This document shows positions 63,529 through 64,000 of a stretch of DNA of 64,000 nucleotides, one piece after another. Both the position numbers and the translations under genes were made by a program. Below the pieces are notes generated by a model. It worked only from the letters and a program-made list of their open reading frames with translations. It was not told where the DNA came from and did not search any database. Position 1 is the stretch's first letter; the number at the start of each line of letters is the position of its first letter. Origin of the DNA: Mobula hypostoma. Lineage: Eukaryota. The DNA lies in contig NC_086097.1 in assembly GCF_963921235.1 (NCBI RefSeq), forward strand, positions 78,122,001-78,186,000, written 5' to 3'.

Positions 63529-64000
63529 TTATAACCATATAACTATATAACAATTACAGCACGGAAACAGGCCATCTTGGCCCTTCTAGTCCATGTTGAA
63601 CGCTTGCTCTCACCTAGTTCCACCGACCTGCACTCAGCCCAAAACCCTCCATTCCTTTCCTGTCCACATACCTATCCAATTTTTCTTTAAATGACAATAT
63701 CGAACCTGTCTCTACCACTTCTACTGGAAGCTCATTCCACACAGCCACCACTCTCTGAGTAAAGAATTTCCCCCTTGTGTTACCCCTAAACTTTTGCCCC
63801 CTAACTCTCAACTCATGTCCTCTTGTTTGAATCTCCCCTACTCTCAATGGAAAAAGCCTATCCACGTCAACTCTATCTATCCCACTCATAATTTTAAATA
63901 CCTCTATCAAGTTCCCCCCTCAACCTTCTACGCTCCAAAGAATAAAGACCTAACTTATTCAACCTTTCTCTGTAACTCAGGTGCTGAAATCCAGGTAACA
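63529..64000 (-). mobile_element. CR1 LINE 3' end, runs off window end
   Basis: ORF 63614-63910: IEVFKIM...TRGHEL...FFTQRVVAVWNELP; ataaccatataac tail. Confidence 0.93.

Overview
Repeat-dense vertebrate nuclear DNA, most likely from an elasmobranch (shark or ray). That assignment is inferred from HE1-like V-SINEs together with abundant CR1, Rex1/Babar, RTE, L1, Penelope-like (PLE), Tc1 and Tigger elements. I found no intact host protein-coding gene, and almost all long ORFs are retroelement ORF2 pieces or their antisense shadows. The main find is a single ~9.3 kb minus-strand insertion at 52511-61791. It is bounded by an 11-bp target-site duplication and splits an old CR1 in frame. In transcript order it contains an intronless, 5'-complete but 3'-truncated SLC9C1-like cDNA (sperm voltage-gated Na+/H+ exchanger), an antisense L1 fragment joined at an apparent cryptic splice acceptor, and a near full-length RTE LINE. 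This architecture fits an RTE-mediated 5' transduction of a spliced germline mRNA, later hit by three further insertions. Also notable are many PLE terminal repeats carrying minimal hammerhead-ribozyme motifs (several as inverted pairs), a bipartite RTE-derived short element with a clean TSD, nested insertion clusters and insertion junctions with templated hairpins. Family assignments come from motif recognition by eye. Boundaries of degenerate repeats are approximate, to within tens of bp.
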